Shown here piece by piece: positions 11,271 to 20,886 of a stretch of DNA of 64,000 nt. Positions within the stretch are counted from its first letter, which is position 1. Each line of letters begins with the position of its first letter. The position numbers and the translations under genes are program-made. The notes under the pieces are model-generated. The model saw only the letters and a list, made by a program, of their open reading frames with translations. It ran no database searches and had not been told where the DNA came from. The DNA comes from an uncultured Actinomycetota bacterium (GTDB lineage Bacteria; Actinomycetota; Humimicrobiia; Humimicrobiales; Humimicrobiaceae), in assembly GCA_964610385.1 (NCBI GenBank), contig CAZSXW010000002.1, forward strand, positions 256,808 to 320,807. The letters are read 5' to 3'.

Positions 11271-11990
11271 TCAATCTGTCGAAACCGTCTCACTTGGATC
11301 ACTACACTCTCCATCGTCATACCACACTACGATATAGTACTCATGATGACGTCCTGCGACAAGGTATTCGGTATAACTCGTGTTGTAAGTCGTATCATGA
11401 GATGAACCGTCTCTATAAACCTCGTAATAATCAACAGACGCCTCAGTTTCAGGCGCATCCCAGGTCACCTGGATTTCAATCCAGATAAAGAACCATATTC
11501 CGTCTACAGCCAGATTGGTAACAGGCGGATGGCCTGGGGGAGGGCCGCCTTCACCGAAATGCGGGTATACCTGAGTCACCACGGATATTTCTTCTGTCAT
11601 CTCATCGTTGTCTGCACTTATTTCTATCTGCTTATAGCTGTACTCATCCTCAACCCAGGTGATCTTTCGCTTAACGGTGTATCCGTTTACTTCCGATTCC
11701 GCTTCCAGACTTCCCTGCGGCTCCCCTTCAGGAGCACCTTCAATCCCTACTTCATCATAATCTCTCAACCTGATTTCTTCCACTTCATTATTGATTAGTG
11801 CTATTGCCTCAGTTTTAGACTTATTTATCTCATTCGCCCTAGTGGCTATCATAACACCCTGGACCATTAATAAAGTCACAAGAGACAGAATAAAAAAAGC
11901 AATAACTACTTCAACCAGGGTCATGCCTTTTTCATCATTAAATACACCCTGATTGCCGATTAATTTTGATTTTAAATATCTTCCAAACAT
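11271..11990 (-). CDS. prepilin-type pseudopilin (PilV/GspI-like) with C-terminal fibronectin type III-like domain
   Basis: 239 aa. KG|MTLVEVVIAFF class III signal motif after a 22-aa leader. C-terminal W/Y-rich segment (WDAP...YYEVYR...YTEYLVAG...YYIVVW) looks like an FN3 fold. Confidence 0.6.
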   Translation of the reverse strand: MFGRYLKSKLIGNQGVFNDEKGMTLVEVVIAFFILSLVTLLMVQGVMIATRANEINKSKTEAIALINNEVEEIRLRDYDEVGIEGAPEGEPQGSLEAESEVNGYTVKRKITWVEDEYSYKQIEISADNDEMTEEISVVTQVYPHFGEGGPPPGHPPVTNLAVDGIWFFIWIEIQVTWDAPETEASVDYYEVYRDGSSHDTTYNTSYTEYLVAGRHHEYYIVVWYDDGECSDPSETVSTD

Positions 11991-11999
11991 ATTTAATCC

Positions 12000-12431
12000 T
12001 TATAAACAATAATCGACAACATATCTTACGGCAGTGTTATATACTTCAATACCTAATCCGCTTATTACTCCTTTTACTACCTTCGATATAACTGATTTTG
12101 ATCTCCAATCTTCTCTTGTAAATATATTGGAAATATGAACTTCTATAGACGGGATATTGCTAGCAGCTATGGCATCTCTTATCCCATAACTGTAATGAGT
12201 AAGTGCACCTGGATTTATTATCATAAAATCAACGCTTCCTATGCACTGGTGAATTCTATCAATAATTTCACCCTCATGGTTGGATTGGAAGTATAAAAGT
12301 TTTGCCTTGCCTTTCACTATGTTTTCAAGATCTTTTTTTATATCCTCAAAACTTTTTTTACCGTATATTTTTTCTTCCCTTTTCCCTAACAAATTTAGGT
12401 TAGGACCGTTTATTATAATGATCTTTTTCAT
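12000..12431 (-). CDS. aroQ: type II 3-dehydroquinate dehydratase
   Basis: 143 aa. MKKIIIINGPNLNLLGKRE and HISNIFTRE motifs. Confidence 0.9.
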   Translation of the reverse strand: MKKIIIINGPNLNLLGKREEKIYGKKSFEDIKKDLENIVKGKAKLLYFQSNHEGEIIDRIHQCIGSVDFMIINPGALTHYSYGIRDAIAASNIPSIEVHISNIFTREDWRSKSVISKVVKGVISGLGIEVYNTAVRYVVDYCL

Positions 12432-12530
12432 CTTTAAACAAATATAATATATTTTTTTTAAAAAAATTAATTATGTTTAATTACGGCATAAAACAATCAA
12501 TAATATAATTACTACTTTCTTTATATATAT

Positions 12531-13646
12531 TTAAAAATAATTATACATACTTTTTTTAATATTATCAATAATAACATCCCCCGGGACATCATAATAAAAA
12601 ACAGGTCTGTTTACCCCTTTCAGCAGAACAAATTTATTCTTTTTTGTACTAAACTTTTTATCATATTTTAGTGCACTTATTATTTTCTCCATATTCTTCC
12701 CAGGTATTCCGTAGGGCAGCTTTAATTTCTTGTAAAGCTCAATAATATTATTTTTAACTTCCTTTTTTAAGAGTCCAAGTGAGATTGATATATCAATTGC
12801 AATTACCATTCCGACACTTACTGCTTCGCCATGATTTATTTCTTTTAAATCAAACGCTTTTTCAATGCTGTGACCTAATGTATGTCCGAAATTAAGCAGA
12901 TTTCTGTAACTTAAATCAAATTCATCTTTTTCTACGACTTTTGTTTTTATACGGCAGCACGTATAAATAATATCCTTAAAAACCTTCTTTTTTATTAATT
13001 TTAGCAATCTGTCCTCTTTTTCATCATCCACATTCTCTGAAAGAACGTTCAGTATGTTTTTGTCGAATACTAATCCGTATTTGACTATTTCACCCAGACC
13101 ATTGACAATCTGGTCTTCTTCAAGCGTATAATTCATTGTTGGATCTATCACTGTCATATGTGGTTGATAAAAACAACCGACTGCATTTTTTACATTTTCA
13201 TAGTTCACAGCGACCTTTCCACCGATACTGCTATCGACTTGGCTTAGAATAGTAGTCGGATACTGTATAAGTTTTACTCCCCTGTGAAACGTTGAAGCCG
13301 TAAAACCAGTGAGATCTCCTATCACTCCACCGCCAAATGCAACCACTAAATCATTCCTATGCAAATTAAAATCAATAAATCTCTTAAATATAAAATCCGT
13401 ACTTTTTAGATTCTTATATTCTTCACCATCTTTTATAATAATTATTTTGTTGTCTAACAGACATCTTCTTAGAATATCCTTTATCCTGCTTTCATATATT
13501 CCAAATACTTTGTCATTTGTTATCAATACAATCTTATCTGAGTCATAGAAATTTTTTTTAATCAATTCAGGAAAATTCTTATAAATCTTGGATTTTATAT
13601 ATATGGGGTATCTTCTAAGTTTAGTTTTGACTATGATGGTTTTCAT
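12531..13646 (-). CDS. aroB: 3-dehydroquinate synthase
   Basis: 371 aa. GGGVIGDLTGF and GGKVAVN NAD-binding motifs. HGEAVSVG metal site. Confidence 0.9.
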   Translation of the reverse strand: MKTIIVKTKLRRYPIYIKSKIYKNFPELIKKNFYDSDKIVLITNDKVFGIYESRIKDILRRCLLDNKIIIIKDGEEYKNLKSTDFIFKRFIDFNLHRNDLVVAFGGGVIGDLTGFTASTFHRGVKLIQYPTTILSQVDSSIGGKVAVNYENVKNAVGCFYQPHMTVIDPTMNYTLEEDQIVNGLGEIVKYGLVFDKNILNVLSENVDDEKEDRLLKLIKKKVFKDIIYTCCRIKTKVVEKDEFDLSYRNLLNFGHTLGHSIEKAFDLKEINHGEAVSVGMVIAIDISISLGLLKKEVKNNIIELYKKLKLPYGIPGKNMEKIISALKYDKKFSTKKNKFVLLKGVNRPVFYYDVPGDVIIDNIKKSMYNYF

Positions 13647-13666
13647 TAATAGTCTTCATCTAATTT

Positions 13667-14182
13667 TTAAGCTTTAAGCCTTATTATTATCTCATTTGCT
13701 GCCTGCAGTGGTTCTTTTTGAGAGTTATTTATAATTATATCCGCGTATTTCCTATATAATTTATTTCTTCTTTTAATCATTTTTGCTATAGTATCGTCTC
13801 TATTTTTAACTTCTATCAAAGGTCTATCTTTAACATCTTTAAGGCGCTCAATCGCATCACGGGTAGATATACTTAAATAAATATTAACACTGTTACTTTT
13901 AATTATATCCATATTAATTTTTCTTTCTACTATCCCTCCCCCACAGGCAAAGATGCAATTTTTGTTATTATATATTTTACCGGTAACTTTTGTTTCCAGA
14001 TCTCTAAAATGTTTTTCACCTCTAAATCTGAATATATCTTTTATTTTTTTTCCTTCTGCCAGCTCTATGACCCTATCAAGGTCAATAAATGTAAATCCTA
14101 ACTTATCTGCCAAGATCTTGCCTACCGTGCTTTTTCCGGAACCCATAAAACCGGTTAGACAAATATTCTTAAAGTCCATCAA
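13667..14182 (-). CDS. aroK: shikimate kinase
   Basis: 171 aa. Walker A GFMGSGKST followed by FIDLD. Confidence 0.85.
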   Translation of the reverse strand: MMDFKNICLTGFMGSGKSTVGKILADKLGFTFIDLDRVIELAEGKKIKDIFRFRGEKHFRDLETKVTGKIYNNKNCIFACGGGIVERKINMDIIKSNSVNIYLSISTRDAIERLKDVKDRPLIEVKNRDDTIAKMIKRRNKLYRKYADIIINNSQKEPLQAANEIIIRLKA

Positions 14183-14187
14183 GGTAC

Positions 14188-15354
14188 CTAAACTTTTTCA
14201 AGGTATCTCTTATAATTATTAAAATTTTCTAAGATCTCTTCTATATTATCTCTTCCAAATTTTTCCTGGATCGAGTCCAGAATCTCTATTGAAAGTACTG
14301 CTTCACCTACTATAGACGCACTTGGTACGGCGCATATATCCGATCTTTCCTTTAAACTTACTGTATCTTCTTTACTCTTTATATTTATAGTATGCATTCC
14401 CCTGCCCGTAGTAGGTATAGGTTTCATAAAGGCACCTACTATTACAGGTCCCCCATTGGTCATCCCACCTTCTATTCCACCTGCTTTATTTGTCTTTCTA
14501 TAGAATCCGCTGCTTTTTTTGTAATATATCTCATCATTAAAATCAGTTCCACTCTTTTCAATCGAGTTAAAAACATCACCTATTTCAACACCTTTAATAG
14601 CCGGTATACTCATAAATGACCGTGCTATCTTACCATCGATTCTTCTATCCCATTGAGCATACGAACCCAGTCCAACAGGTACTCCAGTTGCAATAACCTT
14701 AAACCTTCCTCCTATACTGTCTTTATTTTTTCCAGCTTTAGCTATCTCCTCTTTCATCTTTAAACCCGTCTTTTTATCAGGGCATCTTACTTCTGATTTC
14801 TCGATCTCTTTCAGTATCTTATCAGTTATCTCTACATCTCTATCCAATAGTATCTTGCCTATTTGTACGACATAACTTAATATATTTATTCCCATAATCT
14901 TTAATACAATCTTGGCGAATGCACCTATACATACTCTTGCCGCCGTTTCCCTCGCACTACTTCTTTCTATTACATTTCTTATGTCATCGAATCTGTATTT
15001 TAGAAAACCAGGTAAATCTGCATGGCCCGGTCTTGGATTCAATATTTTTTTTTCTGTACCTTTACTCCTCCGCCTGACAGGGTTTATATCCATTATTTCT
15101 TTCCAGTTATGCCAGTCCTTATTCTCTATAATAAACGAAATCGGTGAACCTATACTTCTGCCTTTCCTGATACCGGATATTATTTCCACTTCATCCTTCT
15201 CTATTGACATCCTTTGGCTTCTGCCAAAACCTTTTTGTCTCCTGGAAAGCTCGTAATTCAAATATTCTATATCAATCAACACTCCGGAGGGATAATCATC
15301 TATTATTCCTTCAAGGCTTTTGCCATGAGATTCACCAGCAGTTAGAAATCTCAA
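14188..15354 (-). CDS. aroC: chorismate synthase
   Basis: 388 aa. N-terminus MRFLTAGESHGKSLEGIID is diagnostic. Confidence 0.95.
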   Translation of the reverse strand: MRFLTAGESHGKSLEGIIDDYPSGVLIDIEYLNYELSRRQKGFGRSQRMSIEKDEVEIISGIRKGRSIGSPISFIIENKDWHNWKEIMDINPVRRRSKGTEKKILNPRPGHADLPGFLKYRFDDIRNVIERSSARETAARVCIGAFAKIVLKIMGINILSYVVQIGKILLDRDVEITDKILKEIEKSEVRCPDKKTGLKMKEEIAKAGKNKDSIGGRFKVIATGVPVGLGSYAQWDRRIDGKIARSFMSIPAIKGVEIGDVFNSIEKSGTDFNDEIYYKKSSGFYRKTNKAGGIEGGMTNGGPVIVGAFMKPIPTTGRGMHTINIKSKEDTVSLKERSDICAVPSASIVGEAVLSIEILDSIQEKFGRDNIEEILENFNNYKRYLEKV

Positions 15355-15371
15355 AGATAATTCGTCCTTTC

Positions 15372-15890
15372 TTAATCATATACAACTGATCCCAAATAGA
15401 TAGCTAATATATCGTCACCTTTAAGTAATACCACTGAATCCTCGTTTATTGCCTGAACAGAATAGATATCTCCAAGGAGGTCTCCTTCTTTTAGTTCATA
15501 TAGGTGATCATTGAGGCTTAATTCAGCATATTCCACTTCATCTTCTACATAAATACTCTCTAATTCTAAAACATTTTTTTCTTCTTCCTCTTCACTTCGA
15601 ATATAAAATGGCTCAAAGGGATTCCTGGCTGACTCATCTATTAAGCCAATATCACCCTCAACGCTATAACTCTTTTCAATATTTATATTTTCCTTACCGA
15701 TTTCACTTATTTCTTCTTCGTCTATTCTTACGTCAGGTAATTCTATTCCTTCTTCTCCACCGTACGATTCCTTAATCATTTCATAAAAAGTACAGCCGGT
15801 AAATATACATAATATGAAAATATAAAACAATATAATCAGTGCATATTTTACTTTTATTAATATGTTTTTGCTATCTATCATATCAATCAT
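15372..15890 (-). CDS. PilP-like pilus-assembly lipoprotein (putative)
   Basis: 172 aa. Signal anchor with lipobox-like FTGC. Highly acidic linker. C-terminal beta-rich segment (LKEGDLLGDIYSVQAINEDSVVLLKGDDILAIYLG) resembles the PilP core. Sits immediately after pilO. Confidence 0.35.
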   Translation of the reverse strand: MIDMIDSKNILIKVKYALIILFYIFILCIFTGCTFYEMIKESYGGEEGIELPDVRIDEEEISEIGKENINIEKSYSVEGDIGLIDESARNPFEPFYIRSEEEEEKNVLELESIYVEDEVEYAELSLNDHLYELKEGDLLGDIYSVQAINEDSVVLLKGDDILAIYLGSVVYD

Positions 15891-16419
15891 TTATATAATA
15901 AAGTTTTATAATAATATGGGCATTCAATTCTTCATATTCATCTTCATACGACAATATAACCATTTCTTCGACTACTGTTATTCTGGGCATCTTTTCTATT
16001 GTTCCAACAAAATTAATTATGTCATAATAAGAACCTTCAAGCAGGATATCCACATTTATTTTCTGCTGCTTTTCCTTTTCGTCTTGAGATTCTCTTTCTA
16101 CAATATCAACCGAATTAATAATTACACCGGTATATTTTGCGATTTCATATATTTCATTCGTAAAGAAACTTAAATCGTTCTCCGAAGGGATCTGCATCGA
16201 GTATTTCTCATATTCAGCACTTAATGCATTATATTTATCTCTTAATAATTCCAACTCACTTAGTCTTCCCATGTTGGATCTGTAATATTCTTCTTCCTGT
16301 CCAATAAGCGCACTTGCCTGAACGCTACTTGTAAGATTTGGAATTATCAGCAAAACGATCAGCAGAACGTTTATTACGAAAAATACAATTATTAAAATTA
16401 TTTTAGATACATTACTCAT
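15883..16419 (-). CDS. pilO: type IV pilus assembly protein PilO-like
   Basis: 178 aa. Single N-terminal TM, coiled-coil segment, then a small alpha/beta domain. Position after pilN. Confidence 0.55.
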   Translation of the reverse strand: MSNVSKIILIIVFFVINVLLIVLLIIPNLTSSVQASALIGQEEEYYRSNMGRLSELELLRDKYNALSAEYEKYSMQIPSENDLSFFTNEIYEIAKYTGVIINSVDIVERESQDEKEKQQKINVDILLEGSYYDIINFVGTIEKMPRITVVEEMVILSYEDEYEELNAHIIIKLYYIND

Positions 16420-16444
16420 AAATATTTAAAAAGTATTAATTTTA

Positions 16445-17143
16445 TTATTCCATCATCTCTATTTCCATATCCAGCGTATCTTCTTCTCCACCTTCCTCCG
16501 TTTGAACCGTTTCTGCACTTTTCATTTTCTCAAGATAAGGTTGAAGGTCATAATATGCAGTTATATTAAAAGAAACTACTTCAATATTTGACTCCGTAAC
16601 ACTATCTTTAGATATGCTATTTATAAATACTTCTCCCACATTAGGGATATCTCTTATATCTATTGCAAACCTGCTTATGTCATCATAATTAGCAGCATAT
16701 CCTCCAACAGAGAAAAACTTTATTTTTGCTATGTCTTCTTCATCTTCTAAACCTTTTTCAATAAATTCATATAATTCTGTACTGTCACCATCGACATAAT
16801 TGATATAGACATTTTCCGGTATTTTTTCTCCAAGAGTATTTAAAACATCCGACCAGAATATCTCATCTCCCTGCAGTGAATTTACCAGTTCCGATTTTTC
16901 TATTACCTTTTTCTCAAATTCTTCATATGTTTCCAATTTGCTTATATAACCATCTACCTGCATATTTACTTTCCTGTATTCTTCCAGCCTCGGCCCGACA
17001 TCTTTTTCCACATCAAATATAATAAATGAAAAAACTCCCATTATTACTACCAGAACTACCATCAATATCAATATAACATTTAATACGACTCCCCTGACAT
17101 CCCTGACTTTTATTTCTTTTGGAAGAAGGTTTATAGTTTTCAT
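16445..17143 (-). CDS. pilN: type IV pilus assembly protein PilN
   Basis: 232 aa. N-terminal INLLPKE signature followed by a TM helix. Confidence 0.7.
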   Translation of the reverse strand: MKTINLLPKEIKVRDVRGVVLNVILILMVVLVVIMGVFSFIIFDVEKDVGPRLEEYRKVNMQVDGYISKLETYEEFEKKVIEKSELVNSLQGDEIFWSDVLNTLGEKIPENVYINYVDGDSTELYEFIEKGLEDEEDIAKIKFFSVGGYAANYDDISRFAIDIRDIPNVGEVFINSISKDSVTESNIEVVSFNITAYYDLQPYLEKMKSAETVQTEEGGEEDTLDMEIEMME

Positions 17144-18309
17144 TTGACCAGACCTCTCAGTGCCATACCAACAGCTAACGGGTCTATTATATGATTTAAA
17201 TCTTCAACACGGTAAAGCGGATTGTTTCTTATATATTTTAATGAAAAATAATCAGCGATTTTTAATAATTCTACCTTATAATTTATTTCCTGCTCTATAT
17301 ACTTTTCAATGTTTTTTATATACTTACCGCTTAAAATGATTTTATCGATTTTAAATTTCGAGTTTTCCTGTAAGAAATTTTCTATTGATAACCTTATTTC
17401 ATATATAAATTGATCTGCTGCATCCTTCATTATCTTGATTATTTTCTCATCATCAACCGCAATTATCTCTCCCTTTTCCTCCTGTGTCTTTTCATCTTTT
17501 TTATCTGATTTATCTGAAGATTCCTTGGAAGTTTCTTTTTTAGGCTTTGCCTTGTTCTTTGCCGAAGTTATCAAGGTTTTGAAATCAAATTCTGATATAA
17601 TCTTCTTGCAGTATCCATCATTCTGATTGATTTTAAATATCTTGTCATAGAAACTTCTCATGGATGAAGATGAAAACCTGGGATATCTCAGTTCATTAGC
17701 CTGAATGATCTCGAAAATAGATATATCATATCCTAAATTAACGGCACAAAAAGAATTTAAATTCTTACTTTTTTTATTTTTCTCAAGGCCGTATATATGA
17801 TCAAGAGTCCTGTAAAAGGCAAAACAATTTAGGTCGATAGCCTGGGCAAATAATCCTGCATCCTTGAAACTTTTCGCTATATCGTTGATCATACTTTTCA
17901 ATGTGCCCACCAGCATCAATTTCGAAGAATTTTCTCCTTTTTCTACTATATAATAATCGTAGATTATATTATTTTTCGGTATTGGTATAAAGTCACCAAT
18001 CTGATATTTAATGGAGTTATTTATTTCTTCATCATCCAGGACCGGTATTTGTACTTCCTTTGCAATAACTTTCTGATTAGCAATTCCTATAAATACCTTC
18101 CTGTCAGAGATCCTGTGTTTCCTCCATATTTCCTTTAACCCTGCAGACATAGCTTCTGGATCCTTCAACTCGCCTTTTTCTACAGCATTAGCAGGTACTT
18201 CATCTACTACAAGACTTTTTATTATGACATCTTTTCTAGCTTTAAATAAATCCACTATTGATATCTGGGATGAACTTAAATTCAATCCAACTGCTGACAT
18301 AAAAATCAC
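17140..18309 (-). CDS. pilM: type IV pilus assembly ATPase-fold protein PilM
   Basis: 389 aa. Actin-like fold signatures. Operon position pilM-pilN-pilO. Contains a lysine/glutamate-rich low-complexity insertion of about 50 aa. Confidence 0.75.
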   Translation of the reverse strand: MIFMSAVGLNLSSSQISIVDLFKARKDVIIKSLVVDEVPANAVEKGELKDPEAMSAGLKEIWRKHRISDRKVFIGIANQKVIAKEVQIPVLDDEEINNSIKYQIGDFIPIPKNNIIYDYYIVEKGENSSKLMLVGTLKSMINDIAKSFKDAGLFAQAIDLNCFAFYRTLDHIYGLEKNKKSKNLNSFCAVNLGYDISIFEIIQANELRYPRFSSSSMRSFYDKIFKINQNDGYCKKIISEFDFKTLITSAKNKAKPKKETSKESSDKSDKKDEKTQEEKGEIIAVDDEKIIKIMKDAADQFIYEIRLSIENFLQENSKFKIDKIILSGKYIKNIEKYIEQEINYKVELLKIADYFSLKYIRNNPLYRVEDLNHIIDPLAVGMALRGLVK

Positions 18310-18319
18310 TCTTTTCTTT

Positions 18320-19081
18320 TTACCTGAAAAAACTTATATACCATTTTAAAATATTATTCCCCCAAAATAAAGATATTATGCTACCCAGTGATATAAAGGG
18401 CCCGAATGGTATAGCCGTTTTTAATTTTTTTCTTTTTATTATGATCAATGATACTCCATATATCATTCCAAGAAAAAATCCCATAAACAGCGCAGAAACA
18501 GTATTCCTTACCATGAACGCTCCTACCATAAGGCTTAGCTTAACATCACCCATACCCATACCCCTTGGACTTATCAAATGAATTATTAACATGAATATGA
18601 ATGCACCCGAACTGAAAGCAAGAGGCACCCACCAATTCGAAGGATCAGAGGTAATATTTAAAGCCAGTCCTACAATCGTAAGAGGTAGTACTATTACATT
18701 GGGTATTATCCTAAATTCAATGTCAATAAAGGAAACTGCTATTAGTGCACAGCAAAAGACTATACCCGTGGCAGTATTTATACTCAAACCGAAGAAAATA
18801 TAATTTAATAGAAACAGTAAGGAAGTTAATATCTCTACTACAATACTGGTAACCGGTATTTTTGATTTACAGTATCTGCACCTGCCTCTAAGTATCATAT
18901 AAGACAGTACCGGAATATTGTCATAAAAAGCTATTTTCTTCTTACAACTCGGGCAGAACGATGCCGGCCTGACAATAGATAACTTTCTTGGAACTCTATA
19001 TATTACAACCTCTAAAAAACTCCCTACCGCCAGACCTGCCACTATAAAGATTAAATATAAAATTACTTCTCTTATTTCCAT
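18320..19081 (-). CDS. pilD: prepilin peptidase (A24 family)
   Basis: 253 aa. Cytoplasmic zinc-binding CPSC...CRYC motif. Multiple TM helices. Catalytic Asp-containing loops. Confidence 0.9.
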   Translation of the reverse strand: MEIREVILYLIFIVAGLAVGSFLEVVIYRVPRKLSIVRPASFCPSCKKKIAFYDNIPVLSYMILRGRCRYCKSKIPVTSIVVEILTSLLFLLNYIFFGLSINTATGIVFCCALIAVSFIDIEFRIIPNVIVLPLTIVGLALNITSDPSNWWVPLAFSSGAFIFMLIIHLISPRGMGMGDVKLSLMVGAFMVRNTVSALFMGFFLGMIYGVSLIIIKRKKLKTAIPFGPFISLGSIISLFWGNNILKWYISFFR

Positions 19082-19276
19082 CCTTATTATTACTTATATG
19101 CTGCTATTATTATTTTTCGTTATTGCTAATTTCTTTCCTATATTATATTACTATAATTATTTTTTTAAATATTCTTTTATTATTCTAAAAATATATTCCT
19201 ATATAAATATTTATACTTTTGAATAATAACATGAGAAGCATTTTTAGTCAAAAACTTAAGAATAATATACGTATGT

Positions 19277-19306
19277 AAAATAAGGGATAGCATGCTATCC
19301 CTTATT
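19277..19306 (-). terminator. intrinsic terminator downstream of pilA (perfect 22-bp palindrome AAGGGATAGCATGCTATCCCTT with flanking T-run)
   Basis: Palindrome at 19282-19303 read directly. On the minus strand it is followed by a TTTTA run (plus 19277-19281). Also T-flanked on the plus side, so it looks bidirectional. Confidence 0.6.
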
Positions 19307-19344
19307 TTTATATCTATGCAATACTTAATTGTCTTTAACTTATT

Positions 19345-19755
19345 TTAGTATGCACCAGTTGCTGTGAATACACCATCTGCAATAGTTATATCATCGGCCG
19401 TACCATTTGTTGCATCTGCTCCATCACTGGTCAGAGTATAGGTAGCATAAGGATCAGCGCAAGTATAAGTATAGGCCGTACTCCAGTCATCTGCTGTTGG
19501 TATCGGATCCATATAACCTGTCATTGTGGTATAATCAGCCGGGTATTTTTCGTTATCAGCTTGGTACAGCTCAAGAGCAGTTGCTATGTTCTTCATCTCA
19601 CTCTCTGTTGCAGATTCTCTTGCTCTGTTCCTTAAAGCCATATAACTTGGAACAGCTATACCTGTAAGAACAGCAAGTATGATAATTACTATCATAAGTT
19701 CTACCAGAGTAAATCCCTTTTCCCCTCTAAATATCTTTCTCCATAGCTTTTTCAT
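19345..19755 (-). CDS. pilA: type IV major pilin
   Basis: 136 aa. Class III signal KG|FTLVELMIVIIILAVL after a 14-aa leader. Perfect SD AAGGAGGTG (plus 19761-19769) 5 nt upstream. Own terminator. Confidence 0.85.
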   Translation of the reverse strand: MKKLWRKIFRGEKGFTLVELMIVIIILAVLTGIAVPSYMALRNRARESATESEMKNIATALELYQADNEKYPADYTTMTGYMDPIPTADDWSTAYTYTCADPYATYTLTSDGADATNGTADDITIADGVFTATGAY

Positions 19756-19819
19756 CGTTACACCTCCTTTGGTTAACCAAATTTAAATAAAATATAATTT
19801 TTTTATTGTACAATACTAT

Positions 19820-19847
19820 ATTATACCCATAATTAATAATTTTAGAC
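19820..19847 (-). promoter_or_regulatory. candidate pilA promoter: GTCTAA -13 nt- GGGTATAAT (sigma-B-like -35/-10 overlapping a sigma-70 TATAAT)
   Basis: Minus strand reads ...tatgtctaaaattattaattatGGGTATAATatag... about 57 nt upstream of the pilA start. GGGTAT matches the sigma-B -10 consensus 6/6. GTCTAA matches GTTTAA 5/6. Confidence 0.3.
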
Positions 19848-20061
19848 ATATATATATTAAAACATTTAATATCTTAATATTATTATATTTAACTAAGTAT
19901 ACAATTATTTATTATATATTGCAACATAATTTTATAAATAAAATAAAATAAAAATAATAATATATTTATTTTATTTTAAAATGATAAATGATTTTATTAA
20001 GGTTTTATTGGGGTTTTTTATATTTGAAGTGATTAAAAATATTTAACTAAAATGAATTCTT

Positions 20062-20853
20062 CTAATTTTCGGCAAAATAACCTTTCAAGATTTTTATGCT
20101 CTCCCTCAATTTTCTAGAAACAGACTTTTGAGAAATACCTACTCTCTCACCTATCTCCTTCTGACTGAATCCTAAAAAATAGCTTAAAATTATTATTTTC
20201 TTATTGAGACCGCGCAATTTATCTATGGCATCCCACAATAATATCTTGTCTTCCATGACCAGATCAAAACTTCTATATTCTACTGATTTGATCAGGCTTC
20301 TATCAAAGTCATAGCCGTTATCATCTCCGCTGCCACTGGATTTATCAATAGGTCTGTAATCATAAAAAGCTAATTCTCTTACCTTAAAAAATTCAATAAT
20401 ACCTTCTGCTGATACATTTATGCCTTTTGATATTTCTTCTATGGTTGGATATCTGCTTTTACGTAATTCAAAATCCTTTACAAAATCTAAAAACATTTTA
20501 TTAAGTTTCCACAACCATCTTGGGACTCTTATCAGTTTGCTGTCTCTGATGAAATGCAGTATCTCTCCTCTTATACAGTAAACGGCGAAAGTAGAAAACT
20601 TAATATTTGCTCTTACATCAAACCTGTTTATTGCTATAAGCAGCCCGGCGAATGCGACCTGCTGGATATCTTTCTGTTCTATTTTATTATTCCTGAATCT
20701 TTCTGCAATTTTATAGACCAGTTTCTCTGTTTTTTTTATGATAAGATTTAAAGCATTGGAGTTATTACGCTTGCGGTATATTTCAATAAGTTCTTCTACC
20801 CGTAGATCTCTTCTTTTTATAAGTTTTATATCTTTGCCTATTAAATTTTTCAT
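20062..20853 (-). CDS. group-3 sigma-70 family RNA polymerase sigma factor (SigB/SigF/FliA-like)
   Basis: 263 aa. Region 2 KFSTFAVYCIRGEILHFIRD resembles the SigF/SigB motif KFSTYAVPMIIGEIQRFxRD. Region 4 HTH ...SQKEIGERVGISQKSVSR. Confidence 0.8.
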   Translation of the reverse strand: MKNLIGKDIKLIKRRDLRVEELIEIYRKRNNSNALNLIIKKTEKLVYKIAERFRNNKIEQKDIQQVAFAGLLIAINRFDVRANIKFSTFAVYCIRGEILHFIRDSKLIRVPRWLWKLNKMFLDFVKDFELRKSRYPTIEEISKGINVSAEGIIEFFKVRELAFYDYRPIDKSSGSGDDNGYDFDRSLIKSVEYRSFDLVMEDKILLWDAIDKLRGLNKKIIILSYFLGFSQKEIGERVGISQKSVSRKLRESIKILKGYFAEN

Positions 20854-20886
20854 CTCTAAATATCTTTTGATATCTATCCTCTGACT

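Noticed and set aside
19756-20061. Sigma-54 (-24 GG / -12 GC) promoter in front of pilA
   Set aside because: A TTGCA-like element exists but there is no TGGCAC at the required spacing on the coding strand. A sigma-B/sigma-70-like element is a better fit.
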